From Gammaproteobacteria bacterium (GTDB taxonomy: Bacteria > Pseudomonadota > Gammaproteobacteria > G965277405): a stretch of DNA of 64,000 bases. Shown here in pieces: positions 9,269-19,002 of this stretch. The number at the start of each line of letters is the position of its first letter. The stretch's first letter is position 1. A program made the translations under genes and the position numbers. Location of the stretch: NCBI GenBank assembly GCA_965277405.1, contig OZ255726.1:1856001-1920000 (forward strand), in the 5' to 3' direction. Below the pieces are notes generated by a model. The model saw nothing but the letters and a program-made list of their open reading frames with translations, was not told the DNA's origin and did not search any database.

Positions 9269-11049
9269 GGGCTGGGTGAGAGCGAAATACTGGTTCCTGT
9301 GCCAAGCTGGCTTTCAATCTGCAAGGTGCTGTTAAGCGTTAATGCTCGTTCGCGCATCGATATCAACCCCATGCCCTTGAGATTTGACTGCTGTACAAAC
9401 CCTTTGCCATTGTCGACAATTTGCATAGAAAAGGTGTCGCCGCGCCGTTGAATATTGATGGTGATGTGGGTTGATTGTGCATGCTTAATCGCGTTATTGA
9501 GCGCTTCTGTACAAATAAGAAAAAGGTTTTCGGCTTGGTTGATAGATAGTTTATCGATCGTAGGGTCGATGGTAGTGCTGATTTGCACGTCTGTTTGCTT
9601 GGATATCTGTATGGCTTTAGCGCTGATTGATGCAGCGACACCTTTGCTGAGTTCGATGGGTTTAATGCCATGAATCACTTGGCGGATGTTGCGGATACAG
9701 CCATCAACATCGTTGACAAGTTGTTGTTGTATTGCTACGCGAGTTTGCTTGTGTAACAGCATTTGTATTTGCAGTTTGAGTGCCACGAGCCGTTGCCCAA
9801 TCCGGTCGTGCAGGTCGCGGGCGATGCGAGACCGCTCCATATCTTGAATGAGCTGCACTTGTTGATTCAGCGCAGCTACTGTATGCAGCAGCGTTATATA
9901 TTTTTTGCAAGCCAATACCAACAAGAATGCGGTTGAGATCATCTGTGATGCTACTAATGCGCCGATGTCTTCGTTGACGCGAATTGCCTCTCCTTCAAGA
10001 TAACTGCCAATTGCCGGTGAGACAATCGCGATTGCACCGCAATACACTGAAGCATTGAGTTTAATTGCATTCTTATGGATTACCCATATGCTGCGAATGG
10101 CAATCCAACCCATCATCGCCATTGGGGTGGCCCAGTTTAGGATGATTAACGTATGATTAAAACCAGACCAAAGTGGTGAGAGCATCCATGCCGCAAATCC
10201 AAGCAAAATGGCAATAAATATTTTGTCTAGTATCGTGTAGGTAAATGCAAAAAAACGGATGATGAACTTTAACAACACCACCGTGCTTATTGAGCATAAC
10301 ACATAATAGATGCGCTGGACGTATTCGGTTTTCCAACCTAATTGATAAAACCAATTGGAACCAATTAACGATAGGATAAAGAGGATGAATATATACCAAA
10401 ATAAATTTGTAAAGCGCATCTGTCCGCGTTGGCTGAGGATGATAAACAGCACAAATATGCAGGTGAATAAGAAAAAGCTGATTGAAATACCTTCGTAAAT
10501 ACGAATGCGTAATAGCTTGTTCATTTGTTTATTGACAAGTTCGCTGTAGCTGCCAAATGCTGGCATGGCATACACGAGTCCACCAACAGGAAAACTACTC
10601 TGCACCCGGAGAGCTAAGGTATTATTGCCTTGGTGAAATAGTTGAGCTGGGACTTGGTATAAGCGAATTGCCTTATTCGCATTAATATACTCAGGAAAAA
10701 ACTGACCGTACTGGCCAATAACAGTGCCGTTGATGAATAATTTATCGACGCTATGGACGCTACCGAGGTAGATGTATACGTCTTGTTGTGGCGGTTTTGC
10801 AACGTGTAAATCCGCACGGTACCAACCCTCGCCAAACGGCTCACCCAGTCCTTGTTGTACCCAGTCTCCTGGCACTTGGATGGGCGACCATTGGCTGTCG
10901 TTGAGTTTCGTTGCCGACCATGCAAAATCGTTACCAGCTTTAAAACGCCAATTGCTAATAGTTTGCGAGAATGCATGGGTGCTTATCAGCAGCAATACCG
11001 CAGCTATAAAAAAACGTGCAAGACACAATTGCATCAATAACAGCAACAA
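9265..11049 (-). CDS. sensor histidine kinase (HisKA_3) with N-terminal galactose-binding-like domain and multi-TM region
   Basis: W.F..G.D..W...I.VPG.W...G.GWYR, LG.V...D..FING..IG, GNNTLALRV jelly-roll motifs; about 7 hydrophobic segments; ERSRIARDLHD H-box, EALNNAIKHA, DNGKGF, GMGL. Confidence 0.88.
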   Translation of the reverse strand: MLLLLMQLCLARFFIAAVLLLISTHAFSQTISNWRFKAGNDFAWSATKLNDSQWSPIQVPGDWVQQGLGEPFGEGWYRADLHVAKPPQQDVYIYLGSVHSVDKLFINGTVIGQYGQFFPEYINANKAIRLYQVPAQLFHQGNNTLALRVQSSFPVGGLVYAMPAFGSYSELVNKQMNKLLRIRIYEGISISFFLFTCIFVLFIILSQRGQMRFTNLFWYIFILFILSLIGSNWFYQLGWKTEYVQRIYYVLCSISTVVLLKFIIRFFAFTYTILDKIFIAILLGFAAWMLSPLWSGFNHTLIILNWATPMAMMGWIAIRSIWVIHKNAIKLNASVYCGAIAIVSPAIGSYLEGEAIRVNEDIGALVASQMISTAFLLVLACKKYITLLHTVAALNQQVQLIQDMERSRIARDLHDRIGQRLVALKLQIQMLLHKQTRVAIQQQLVNDVDGCIRNIRQVIHGIKPIELSKGVAASISAKAIQISKQTDVQISTTIDPTIDKLSINQAENLFLICTEALNNAIKHAQSTHITINIQRRGDTFSMQIVDNGKGFVQQSNLKGMGLISMRERALTLNSTLQIESQLGTGTSISLSPSP

Positions 11050-11478
11050 CTAATTGCGGTTGAAAAACACTCTGTCGAGTGACAATACGCCAGCACCACG
11101 ACCGATGATATATACCAAGCATGTTGCCCAAATAAGATGCGTTGCCCAAGCACTTGGGTATACGAAAATCTGGATAACCATGGTCATAATCAGCAGTGAC
11201 GCTGCGCTAAAGCGTGCAGCTAGGCCGATTACTAACAGAATTGAAAATAAATGTTCAGCATATGTTGCGAGGTATGCGGCGAGCTTAAATGGAATAATCG
11301 GCAGGTCATATTCATATTCAAACAACAATAAAGTCGAGGGTATGATTTCGATAATGCCGTCAACTTTGGTGCGAGCTGATAACCAAAAAGGAGTGGCGAC
11401 GGCAAGCCGTGCCATTAGTGCTATGATACTGTGGGGGATGGTGTCAGCGATACGTGCCAGTGTATATAATAGTTTCAT
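11050..11478 (-). CDS. DoxX-family membrane protein (BufD-like)
   Basis: FW.SA.TK, LF.YEY.LP, AE.....LLVIGL..RFSA, IQIFVYP.AW.TH, G.G..SLD. Confidence 0.9.
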   Translation of the reverse strand: MKLLYTLARIADTIPHSIIALMARLAVATPFWLSARTKVDGIIEIIPSTLLLFEYEYDLPIIPFKLAAYLATYAEHLFSILLVIGLAARFSAASLLIMTMVIQIFVYPSAWATHLIWATCLVYIIGRGAGVLSLDRVFFNRN

Positions 11479-12275
11479 AATGGCAATTTTCCGCCTGGGG
11501 TGAAAGAAATCGAGCTGATTGTTCCGTCAAAAAGCACAGATTGAAGCAATATTGTTAAGTCAAAACTTGGGTGTTGCTGCAGCGTATATTCTAACGCTGC
11601 TTGCATAGTATGCTGGTTGCAATAGCATAAAAATGTATGGTCTGCGGCTTGCAATGTGCGTACTTCTACCGCTGCATGGCAACGCAGCGCCAGTATGTGT
11701 TTTGTTGAGCCGTCAAATACAATACCTGCTACAGCAGGTGGTGATTGTTGGTGGGCCTGCCAAATTGCATCAATTGGGTGTGGTGATGTTAGTAACTGCA
11801 CGCTTGCATGGAGGTTGAGTTGTGCACGTAACAGCTGTTCACCCGCAACTTTGGCAAGGTCGCTTGGTTTGAGCACGGGGTCATCTGTGGCGTGATACGC
11901 CAAATGCAAGGCGTATTCAAGTTTGGCAACGTCTGGCAAATAACCAACAGCTTGTAACGCTGGGTGTTGTTGGATACTGCGCTCAAGAAAAGCAACAAAA
12001 TCACCACCGTAGCGGATCAACGTGCCGTGGCTAGGCAGGTTATCTGGAATAAATGCCTGAGCCAGCTGGGTAAAAGTAGTTTTGCCAATCAGTTGTTGGA
12101 CAACAGGGTAGAGTGATGCTAATGCTTGAATAAGCGAGTGAACCACGTTGTTACGGTACACGTTCAAACGCTGCTGTTGGAGGGTGGTATTGGCTATATC
12201 TTGCAACGCAGTATTGTCGGCAGCGTCGAGCACAGATGCAGCGAAGGTGCGCTGCCATTGTAGCAGATTATTCAT
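11475..12275 (-). CDS. DUF2063 (HvfC/BufC-like) partner protein of the MNIO enzyme
   Basis: MNNLLQWQ..FA start, RL.VYRNN...L..AL...YP, YG..F..FL, YL.DVA.LE.A motifs; start overlaps DUF692 stop. Confidence 0.88.
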   Translation of the reverse strand: MNNLLQWQRTFAASVLDAADNTALQDIANTTLQQQRLNVYRNNVVHSLIQALASLYPVVQQLIGKTTFTQLAQAFIPDNLPSHGTLIRYGGDFVAFLERSIQQHPALQAVGYLPDVAKLEYALHLAYHATDDPVLKPSDLAKVAGEQLLRAQLNLHASVQLLTSPHPIDAIWQAHQQSPPAVAGIVFDGSTKHILALRCHAAVEVRTLQAADHTFLCYCNQHTMQAALEYTLQQHPSFDLTILLQSVLFDGTISSISFTPGGKLPL

Positions 12276-13132
12276 TATGCTGCTGCGGATTTGATCGCTT
12301 GTAAAATCGAGTTGGCGGTTGCTGCTTCGTCCAATAGGGTTTGCAGTGGCGGAATATTGGTATCCCATTCGATGAGGGTATGTACCGCGCCACAATGCCG
12401 AATCGCCTGACGGTATAATCCCCATACATTATCGCAGACGCGGCATGAATGATCGTCAATCAGCAAGCGTTGCTCGTCAATTTTCTCTTCGGCATGTCCT
12501 GCCAGATGGATTTCCTTGACCGCAGTAGCAGGGATTTCGCGAATGTATGCTTGCGCGTCTAAACCATTATTGATCGTGCTGACATAGATATTATTGACGT
12601 CTAATAAAATACCAGCGCCAGTACGTTTGTGGATGTTTGTTAAAAATTCAGTTTCGCTCATCGATGATGTTTGACTTGAGAAATAGGTCGATGGGTTTTC
12701 GAGGAGCAATGTTGTGTTGAGTTGTTGCTGGACATAGTCGATATTGTCACAGACCAATTGCAGCGACTCATTGGTATACGGGATGGGTAATAAGTCGTTG
12801 AAGAATTTTGCTTCGCTATAGCTCCATGATAAATGGTCGGAAAACATGAACGGTTGATACCGCTCTTTTAAAGCGCATAATCGCTGCAAATGTGCATGTT
12901 GTTGCCAATTTGCGCTGCCGAGTGAAAGACCAATTGAATGAAATGAAAGTGGGTAATGTTGACGAATGGCATCAAGCTGTGCTAGGGGTGTGCCGCCACC
13001 ACCCATATAATTTTCAGGATGCAATTCAAGCCAGCCAATGGCTGGCTTGAACCTGAGTAAATCATCAAAATGTTTGGGCTTAAAACAAATGCCGACAATA
13101 TTGGTAGTATTATTGGTATTATTTGAGTGCAT
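12275..13132 (-). CDS. DUF692 multinuclear non-heme iron oxidase (MNIO, BufB-like)
   Basis: E.HPENYM, H..GLSLGS, SDHLSW, DLLP.PY, LLENPS.Y, LLDVNN.YV, EIHLAGH, IDDH, LIEWD. Confidence 0.95.
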   Translation of the reverse strand: MHSNNTNNTTNIVGICFKPKHFDDLLRFKPAIGWLELHPENYMGGGGTPLAQLDAIRQHYPLSFHSIGLSLGSANWQQHAHLQRLCALKERYQPFMFSDHLSWSYSEAKFFNDLLPIPYTNESLQLVCDNIDYVQQQLNTTLLLENPSTYFSSQTSSMSETEFLTNIHKRTGAGILLDVNNIYVSTINNGLDAQAYIREIPATAVKEIHLAGHAEEKIDEQRLLIDDHSCRVCDNVWGLYRQAIRHCGAVHTLIEWDTNIPPLQTLLDEAATANSILQAIKSAAA

Positions 13133-13152
13133 TTTAGAGTCTTATAACCTTA

Positions 13153-13413
13153 TTATTTGATTGGTGCTAAACTACCTCCCGACATTTTTGCACACGAGCC
13201 GTCGAGCACCAACATCCAAGCATTGCCCTGGTTATCGACCTTACTGGTTCCTGCGCATGTTGTACCTGGACCTGCTGCGCAATCGTTTTTTCCTGCTTTG
13301 GCAACGCCATAACATTTCTCTGTGCCATCAGCTTGCGCCGGGACAGCAACCATCGCCAATGCGGCAGTAACTGCACTCGCAACTAACAAACTTGAAGCAA
13401 CTTTTTTCTGCAT
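13153..13413 (-). CDS. DUF2282 bufferin-type RiPP precursor (BufA1-like) with signal peptide
   Basis: Sec signal ending AQA; [29 protein letters not shown]....G.C.K with four conserved Cys. Confidence 0.92.
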   Translation of the reverse strand: MQKKVASSLLVASAVTAALAMVAVPAQADGTEKCYGVAKAGKNDCAAGPGTTCAGTSKVDNQGNAWMLVLDGSCAKMSGGSLAPIK

Positions 13414-13435
13414 AATAAATTCTCGTGATTGAATA

Positions 13436-13488
13436 GAAGCGCATTATAGCCAAGGGCAACACCAACGGATATTAGGGAAAACCTGTAT
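13436..13488 (-). promoter_or_regulatory. sigma70-like -10 (TATAAT) plus candidate NarL-type operator for the buf operon
   Basis: minus-strand TATAAT at 13448-13443 with poor -35; imperfect palindrome ATACAGG-TTTT-CCCTAAT at 13488-13471. Confidence 0.45.
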
Positions 13489-13523
13489 TGTTGTATGCGG
13501 CAGATTTGGGTGCTATACATTAG

Positions 13524-13824
13524 GGAAGCTCTGATTAAGTCGCTGATGGAGCGAGTTTGATGGTAATTGCTGATGACTGCAAGGTGCAAACCGCACGCAT
13601 GCCGCTGGCTCATGGCGGAGCATATCCGCCAAGGGGTGCAACACTGCAAGCGTAAGCAATTGGCGTAAACCAAGAGTATATTGCACACGGGAACGGGGGA
13701 AACGCAGCGCGTTGTTGTTGCAGCAGCACGTGATAATACCACCAGTATTAGCTGCGCACTGCGCTTAAGTTATCATCAGCGTTGTTGTGCCGTCTCGCCC
13801 ATCATGGACTTAATCAGAGGTTCG
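13524..13824 (+). mobile_element. MITE copy 1 (~300 bp, IS5-like ends)
   Basis: TTAG|GGAAGCTCTGATTAAGTC ... GACTTAATCAGAGGTTC; interior homologous to 48728-49026 and 56141-56427. Confidence 0.85.
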
Positions 13825-14068
13825 CGAATGCAAGATAAGCCAACATTTATTAGGCGCATGGTTGCAGGATTTAGCTGACGATGCGCATATGATTAGCTAT
13901 ATTATTGGCGTCGGTATTGAATAAACTAAGCCAATACTCGCACCAAGCTATCGGCTTCACCACCACTGGGAGATGAGAACATGTGTTTAGCAGTTTACCG
14001 CGATTATAATCTGAAGCCGCTATGACGCGGCCAAGGCAATTACTGTTACACAAACAACTCTAACCACG

Positions 14069-15223
14069 ATGAAACGCAGCCATTTTGTGGTGCTGTGCAT
14101 AGGCGGCTATTTGTTAGGAGCAGGGTACGGGGCGTCTTTTTTGATTCCACAATATGTGTCGACATTTGGTGGAGATGCTGCACTGGCTGGGCAGATTATT
14201 GGTAGCGCAACGCTCGGTACAATCATCGTAGTCCTGCTTTCAGGGCATTTTGCTGATAAGTTTGGTCTTATCCAATGCTGCACATATTCCAGTATTTTAA
14301 TGGTATGTTCGATGGCGTTGTTTGCCAGCAACCATGACGTTGTGGTATTGCAAATTGCAGGTTTGTTGCTTGGTACAGGTTGGGGGTTATTTTATTGCTT
14401 GGGTGTCGTGTTGCTCGCCGCTGTTATTCCCAAGTCGCGGCGCACGCACGCGTTTGCGTTGTTGTCTGGCATGCAAATGGCAGGCATTGGCACAGGGTCG
14501 CTGATTGGATATTGCGTCACAGCATTCGGTCAGTCCATTGCATACGCTTTCGTTATTACTGCGTGCATGGCGGGTGCGACGTTGCTGCTGTACAGCTATT
14601 TAAGCCAAGTTGTGAAAACAACAAATATTATAGCTAACAAAGTATCTGCGGCAGCGGTTGCTGCGGTGTTGCGCGCCCAGGCGCGCTATCCCATTATTAT
14701 TGTGAGTATTGGTGGCGGAATATTTGGTAGTTTTTCAACTTTCCAAGCTGATTTTGCCCACAGCCATCAGCAGCAATATGGGGTGTTTTTTATTTGTTTT
14801 GTTATTGCTGTGATTGTCGGTCGGTTGTTGTTGTCTGGAATTGTTACCAAACGCGACCCGTTGATCGCGGCGTTGCTGCTGTCGACGCTAGTGCTGGTTG
14901 CGATGTTAATGTTTGCATGGTTCATCAACAATATTATCTGGTATGCCACAGCGTCAATCTTGTATGGTCTTGGCTACGGGCTGCTGTATTCGGTTATCAA
15001 TGGTCAAGTCGCCAACGAATCACCAAGTCAATGCGTACCACAAGCAATCGCGTTGTTTAGTATGGGCTATTTTATCGGTTTATTCGGTATGCCGTTTATT
15101 GCTGGAATAGTTATTGTTGGCGCAGGAATTCCAGTCATGGTTTGGCTTATGGTCGCACTCGCGGGGGCAAATGTTGTGATTACTAGCTATCGACTGATCG
15201 CGCATAGGCCGCACCAGTACTAG
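14069..15223 (+). CDS. MFS transporter
   Basis: about 12 hydrophobic segments, G.FADKFG motif A. Confidence 0.85.
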   Translation: MKRSHFVVLCIGGYLLGAGYGASFLIPQYVSTFGGDAALAGQIIGSATLGTIIVVLLSGHFADKFGLIQCCTYSSILMVCSMALFASNHDVVVLQIAGLLLGTGWGLFYCLGVVLLAAVIPKSRRTHAFALLSGMQMAGIGTGSLIGYCVTAFGQSIAYAFVITACMAGATLLLYSYLSQVVKTTNIIANKVSAAAVAAVLRAQARYPIIIVSIGGGIFGSFSTFQADFAHSHQQQYGVFFICFVIAVIVGRLLLSGIVTKRDPLIAALLLSTLVLVAMLMFAWFINNIIWYATASILYGLGYGLLYSVINGQVANESPSQCVPQAIALFSMGYFIGLFGMPFIAGIVIVGAGIPVMVWLMVALAGANVVITSYRLIAHRPHQY

Positions 15224-15257
15224 GACAGCAAGTTAGTTTTCTCTTGTTTATTGTCTT

Positions 15258-15331
15258 CCAAGGAATTGAACACAGCAAGTACAGCAAACCGTTGTATAAT
15301 GCTGCTTAAGGCAACAATAAGCAGAGTTTGC
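15258..15331 (+). mobile_element. degenerate MITE fragment
   Basis: CAAGGAATTGAACACAGCAAGTACAGCAAACCGTT resembles MITE interior (compare the reverse complement of 47011-47043); TAAGCAGAG terminal-repeat remnant. Confidence 0.5.
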
Positions 15332-15379
15332 TGCTGCATCTCGAGCGTAACCTGCGAATGAATTAAAAAATATCGGCGA

Positions 15380-17158
15380 CTAATGCCCGCGCATAAACAC
15401 CGCATCGAGTTCTTGCATGGTCAGTTGCACCCACGTTGGGCGGCCGTGGTTGCATTGACCGCTGCGTTGTGTCGCTTCGATTTGGCGGAGTAATGCGTTC
15501 ATTTCTGGTATTTTTAACATTCTATTGGCACGAACTGCAGTGTGGCAGGCAACACTACTTAGCACTCGATCGCTGGCAGCAACAACGCGGTGTGATTTGC
15601 CATACTGTTGCAAGTCAGCGACTATATCTTCGAGCAATGCCGCGCCGTCGTAGTTTTGCAACTGTGCAGGAATCGAGCGCAGCCAGACAAATGTAGCGCC
15701 GCAGCGGGTGATGTCTAAGCCACATGCAAACAGTATTTGTTGATATTCCTCAAGCGTTTCGATGCTATGTGCAGGCATGTCGATACGAATCGGGGTGAGG
15801 AGTTGTTGTACCGCAATGGTGTGGGAATGCTGTAGTTTGAGCTGTTCATACAAAATGCGCTCGTGGGCTGCGTGCATATCGACAATCACCATGCCGTTAT
15901 TATTTTCTGCCAAAATATATACACCATGAATCTGCCCAACTGCAAACCCAAGGGGCGGTATATCGTCAGTCGACTTTGGCAGGTCGATGGTAGTTTGTGG
16001 CTCGGTTGTGGCGTATGCAGCATTGGGTTGCTGCGTACCCATGACTGCAGCAGGTCGCCAACTAGCAGCCGCGCGCTCACCTACACCAGGGTATTGCAAG
16101 CCGATAGTACTTTGAATTGCCTGTGGAGTGGGTGGTTTAAGCAACTGTGCTCCAGATTGAGCGGTGGATGGACTGGGCTGCGCTAAGATTGATTGTAGCG
16201 TTGATTTAATAAAGTCATACAACAGTCGACTCTGCTCAAAACGCACTTCATGCTTGCTTGGATGGACATTGACATCAACAGATTCTGCCGGGAAACTAAG
16301 AAACAGCACGTATGCTGGATAGCGCCCGTTGTGCAATACGTCGCGGTATGCGCTACGAATCGCATGGCTTATCATCGGGTCGCGAATCCATCGACCATTC
16401 AAAAAAATATATTGTACGTCTGCTTGGCTGCGCGAAAATGCTGGCATTGCCACCCACCCTGAAAGAGCTAATTCACCGCGGCTGCTATCTATTTCTAATG
16501 CGTGATCGACAAAACTCTGCCCGCATAAAGAGACAAGACGTTGTTCCTCGCCAACCTTATCCAACGCTTTGCCGAGCGAGAGAATCTGTTTGTGGTTATG
16601 GGTCAAGCTAAAGGCAATACGCGGATGCGATAATGCTAGGCGGATTATCATTGCTTCACATTGTTTAAACTCGGAGCGTTCTTGGCGAAGAAACTTGCGG
16701 CGCGCAGGCACATTATAAAACAGGTTCGCCACAGTAACCCTTGTCCCTTCATTCGCTGCAGTCGGTGCGACTTCGCCATGACTATTGATTTGCCAGCCGT
16801 CTTGGCTGCCTTGAGGCCGAGAGATGATTGTGGTGCGCGCAACAGATGCAATACTCGCGAGTGCTTCACCGCGAAAACCAAGGCTGGTGATATTACGTAA
16901 ATCATCAATAGCCGTTATTTTGCTCGTGGCATGACGCAAGATTGATAATGGCAGTTGCTGGCGGTCAATGCCAATGCCATCATCGTGCACTTGAATACAA
17001 TCACAACCTCCACCATTTAAGATAATATCGATTGACTGCGCCGCCGCATCGATGCTGTTTTCCACGAGTTCTTTGATAATCGACGCAGGCCTATCTATTA
17101 CCTCTCCAGCGGCAATTTGATTGATGACTTGTTGGGGTAGTTGTTGAATGTTTGCCAT
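15380..17158 (-). CDS. mutL: DNA mismatch repair protein MutL
   Basis: NQIAAGEVI.RPAS..KELVENS.DA, HATSKI, GFRGEALASI, DMHAAHER, ACH, CNHGRPT. Confidence 0.96.
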   Translation of the reverse strand: MANIQQLPQQVINQIAAGEVIDRPASIIKELVENSIDAAAQSIDIILNGGGCDCIQVHDDGIGIDRQQLPLSILRHATSKITAIDDLRNITSLGFRGEALASIASVARTTIISRPQGSQDGWQINSHGEVAPTAANEGTRVTVANLFYNVPARRKFLRQERSEFKQCEAMIIRLALSHPRIAFSLTHNHKQILSLGKALDKVGEEQRLVSLCGQSFVDHALEIDSSRGELALSGWVAMPAFSRSQADVQYIFLNGRWIRDPMISHAIRSAYRDVLHNGRYPAYVLFLSFPAESVDVNVHPSKHEVRFEQSRLLYDFIKSTLQSILAQPSPSTAQSGAQLLKPPTPQAIQSTIGLQYPGVGERAAASWRPAAVMGTQQPNAAYATTEPQTTIDLPKSTDDIPPLGFAVGQIHGVYILAENNNGMVIVDMHAAHERILYEQLKLQHSHTIAVQQLLTPIRIDMPAHSIETLEEYQQILFACGLDITRCGATFVWLRSIPAQLQNYDGAALLEDIVADLQQYGKSHRVVAASDRVLSSVACHTAVRANRMLKIPEMNALLRQIEATQRSGQCNHGRPTWVQLTMQELDAVFMRGH

Positions 17159-19002
17159 TATTGTCGCAGCCAAGTATTCGTTAAAATCATTGTGGAAATT
17201 AATTGCTCATACAATTTGAGTGTTTGCTGTAGCTGTATAGTTTGTTTTCCAAACTGTGCTGTAGCTGTAGTGACTCCTGATTGGGTAATTGCCCCCAGCC
17301 GCTGGGCATAATATATCAACGCTCGATTATTTTTACTCGGCTGTAACAACGAGCCAGCGAACGCATTGATTGACAGGCGATAGTGGAGTAAATCAGCAAC
17401 AGTCGGGTATATTTCAACTTGTCCGCGCACGCTGTTGTCGATTCTTGCGCCAATCAACTGCGGCGCGTATACGATGAATGGAATGGCAAACAAATTGACG
17501 ATGCGTTGTTGCTGAGTTGCTGCAGATGGAGCGAATTTGGTGTGGTCTGCTATGAGAATAAACACTGTATTATCGAACCATGGCTGCAGGCGTGCTTTTG
17601 AAAAAAACTGCCCTAGGCTCCAATCAGCATAATGCAAGGTATTGGCAAACCGCGCTGGTGTGCTATTGCCTGGGATAAGCTGATGCTCAACAGGCATTAG
17701 CGCAAACGGTTCGTGGGTAGTACCAGTAAATGCAACTGCTAGAAATGGTGTATCATGCGGAATTTCTTTCAGCAGGGTGTTGAACATTTCATAGTCCCAG
17801 CCTGTGATGTTGTCGTCAGCATACGGCAATTCCATTGGAATATCCTGGCGATGATAGGCGTAATCAAAGCCATTATTGAGCACCACCTCATTGATGTTAT
17901 AGGTATGTTTGCTCGCTGATTGCACAAACAAGGTGGCATAGCCTTGGCGCTGTGCCAACTCGCCAATGCTGTCCATAGCAAAGCCACTCAAGCCCTTGCC
18001 TAGGGGTGGTGTTGCAGGACTGCGCGGAATACCAAATAACACCGCCTGTAAGGCCTCAATGCTGCGTTGCCCTGCGGCATAGCCGTTGCTAAACAACAAT
18101 GACTGCGCGGCAATTTTGTCGAATTCTGGAGTAAGCGCCTGCTGCGCGCCATAACTGTCAAGCCACTGCTTCCCCCAGCTCTCCAATAAAATAACCACAA
18201 CGTTGGCTGGCTTGGCAAGCGTTGGCTGTATAGTTGTTGCAAACGGAGCTTGCTCAGATATGCCACGTTGCTTTTCTAAGGCAATAATTTGTTGTTGGGT
18301 GAAATATTGCAGTGGTTGCATATCGTGAAAATCATCCAGCGCTGCGGAAATTGACAACACCCCGTTGACCAGCACATGACCACGTTGCAAGCCATAACTG
18401 CTGTAGACATGGTTGGTATGGAGTGTTTTCCCTGCTAAACGAAAACCACGAAAGCCGAACACCAACGCCATACATAGCACCGGCAATATTAGCAAATGCA
18501 ACCAATACGGTGGCACAACATATGTTTTGGGTGCATATTTGAATATCAGCAACAACGCCAATACTGCCACCACAATAAATAATACGCTCAAGCCCAAGTA
18601 GTCGTGCAGCGCCAAATAGGCATATAACGGCAAGTCATCACTGAAATAGACGATTTCATAGCTAATGTGTTTTTGACCTTGCGCAAAATATACAGCGTCT
18701 GCAAGCAACACGACAACAGCAAAGCACAACAATAACCAACTACATAACGATATCAGTCGCCACCATGTTTTGCTGGCACGCAACTTAGGTATCGGCAGCC
18801 ACACCAGCAACAGCGGTAGCGCAAGTAAGCGACAAGCTGTCGCAATATCAACCCAATACCCAGCGAACAAGTCACTGTAGCCAATGTCAGCCAACAGCGC
18901 GTGATTCTGCCATAGTAATACCACACGGCCCAAAAAAATTACGCAGGCAAACACAGCAATAGCTGCAAGCTGTAGCGATAGCCAGCGCAATGTTGACTTC
19001 AT
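17158..19002 (-). CDS. LTA synthase/sulfatase-family membrane transferase (paralog 1)
   Basis: N-terminal TM segments, NVVVILLESW, GQRS, T.HEPF, YADWSLG.F, ADH. Confidence 0.85.
   Translation of the reverse strand: MKSTLRWLSLQLAAIAVFACVIFLGRVVLLWQNHALLADIGYSDLFAGYWVDIATACRLLALPLLLVWLPIPKLRASKTWWRLISLCSWLLLCFAVVVLLADAVYFAQGQKHISYEIVYFSDDLPLYAYLALHDYLGLSVLFIVVAVLALLLIFKYAPKTYVVPPYWLHLLILPVLCMALVFGFRGFRLAGKTLHTNHVYSSYGLQRGHVLVNGVLSISAALDDFHDMQPLQYFTQQQIIALEKQRGISEQAPFATTIQPTLAKPANVVVILLESWGKQWLDSYGAQQALTPEFDKIAAQSLLFSNGYAAGQRSIEALQAVLFGIPRSPATPPLGKGLSGFAMDSIGELAQRQGYATLFVQSASKHTYNINEVVLNNGFDYAYHRQDIPMELPYADDNITGWDYEMFNTLLKEIPHDTPFLAVAFTGTTHEPFALMPVEHQLIPGNSTPARFANTLHYADWSLGQFFSKARLQPWFDNTVFILIADHTKFAPSAATQQQRIVNLFAIPFIVYAPQLIGARIDNSVRGQVEIYPTVADLLHYRLSINAFAGSLLQPSKNNRALIYYAQRLGAITQSGVTTATAQFGKQTIQLQQTLKLYEQLISTMILTNTWLRQ

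Noticed and set aside
13383-13878. ORFs overlapping MITE copies (also 48755-49015, 56016-56372, 35379-35618)
   Set aside because: Chance frames through the non-coding repeat; reading frames are not conserved between copies and there are no transposase motifs
13825-14000. Possible GNAT pseudogene fragment after MITE copy 1
   Set aside because: Only a vague ..GFTTTG.. resemblance, no continuous frame
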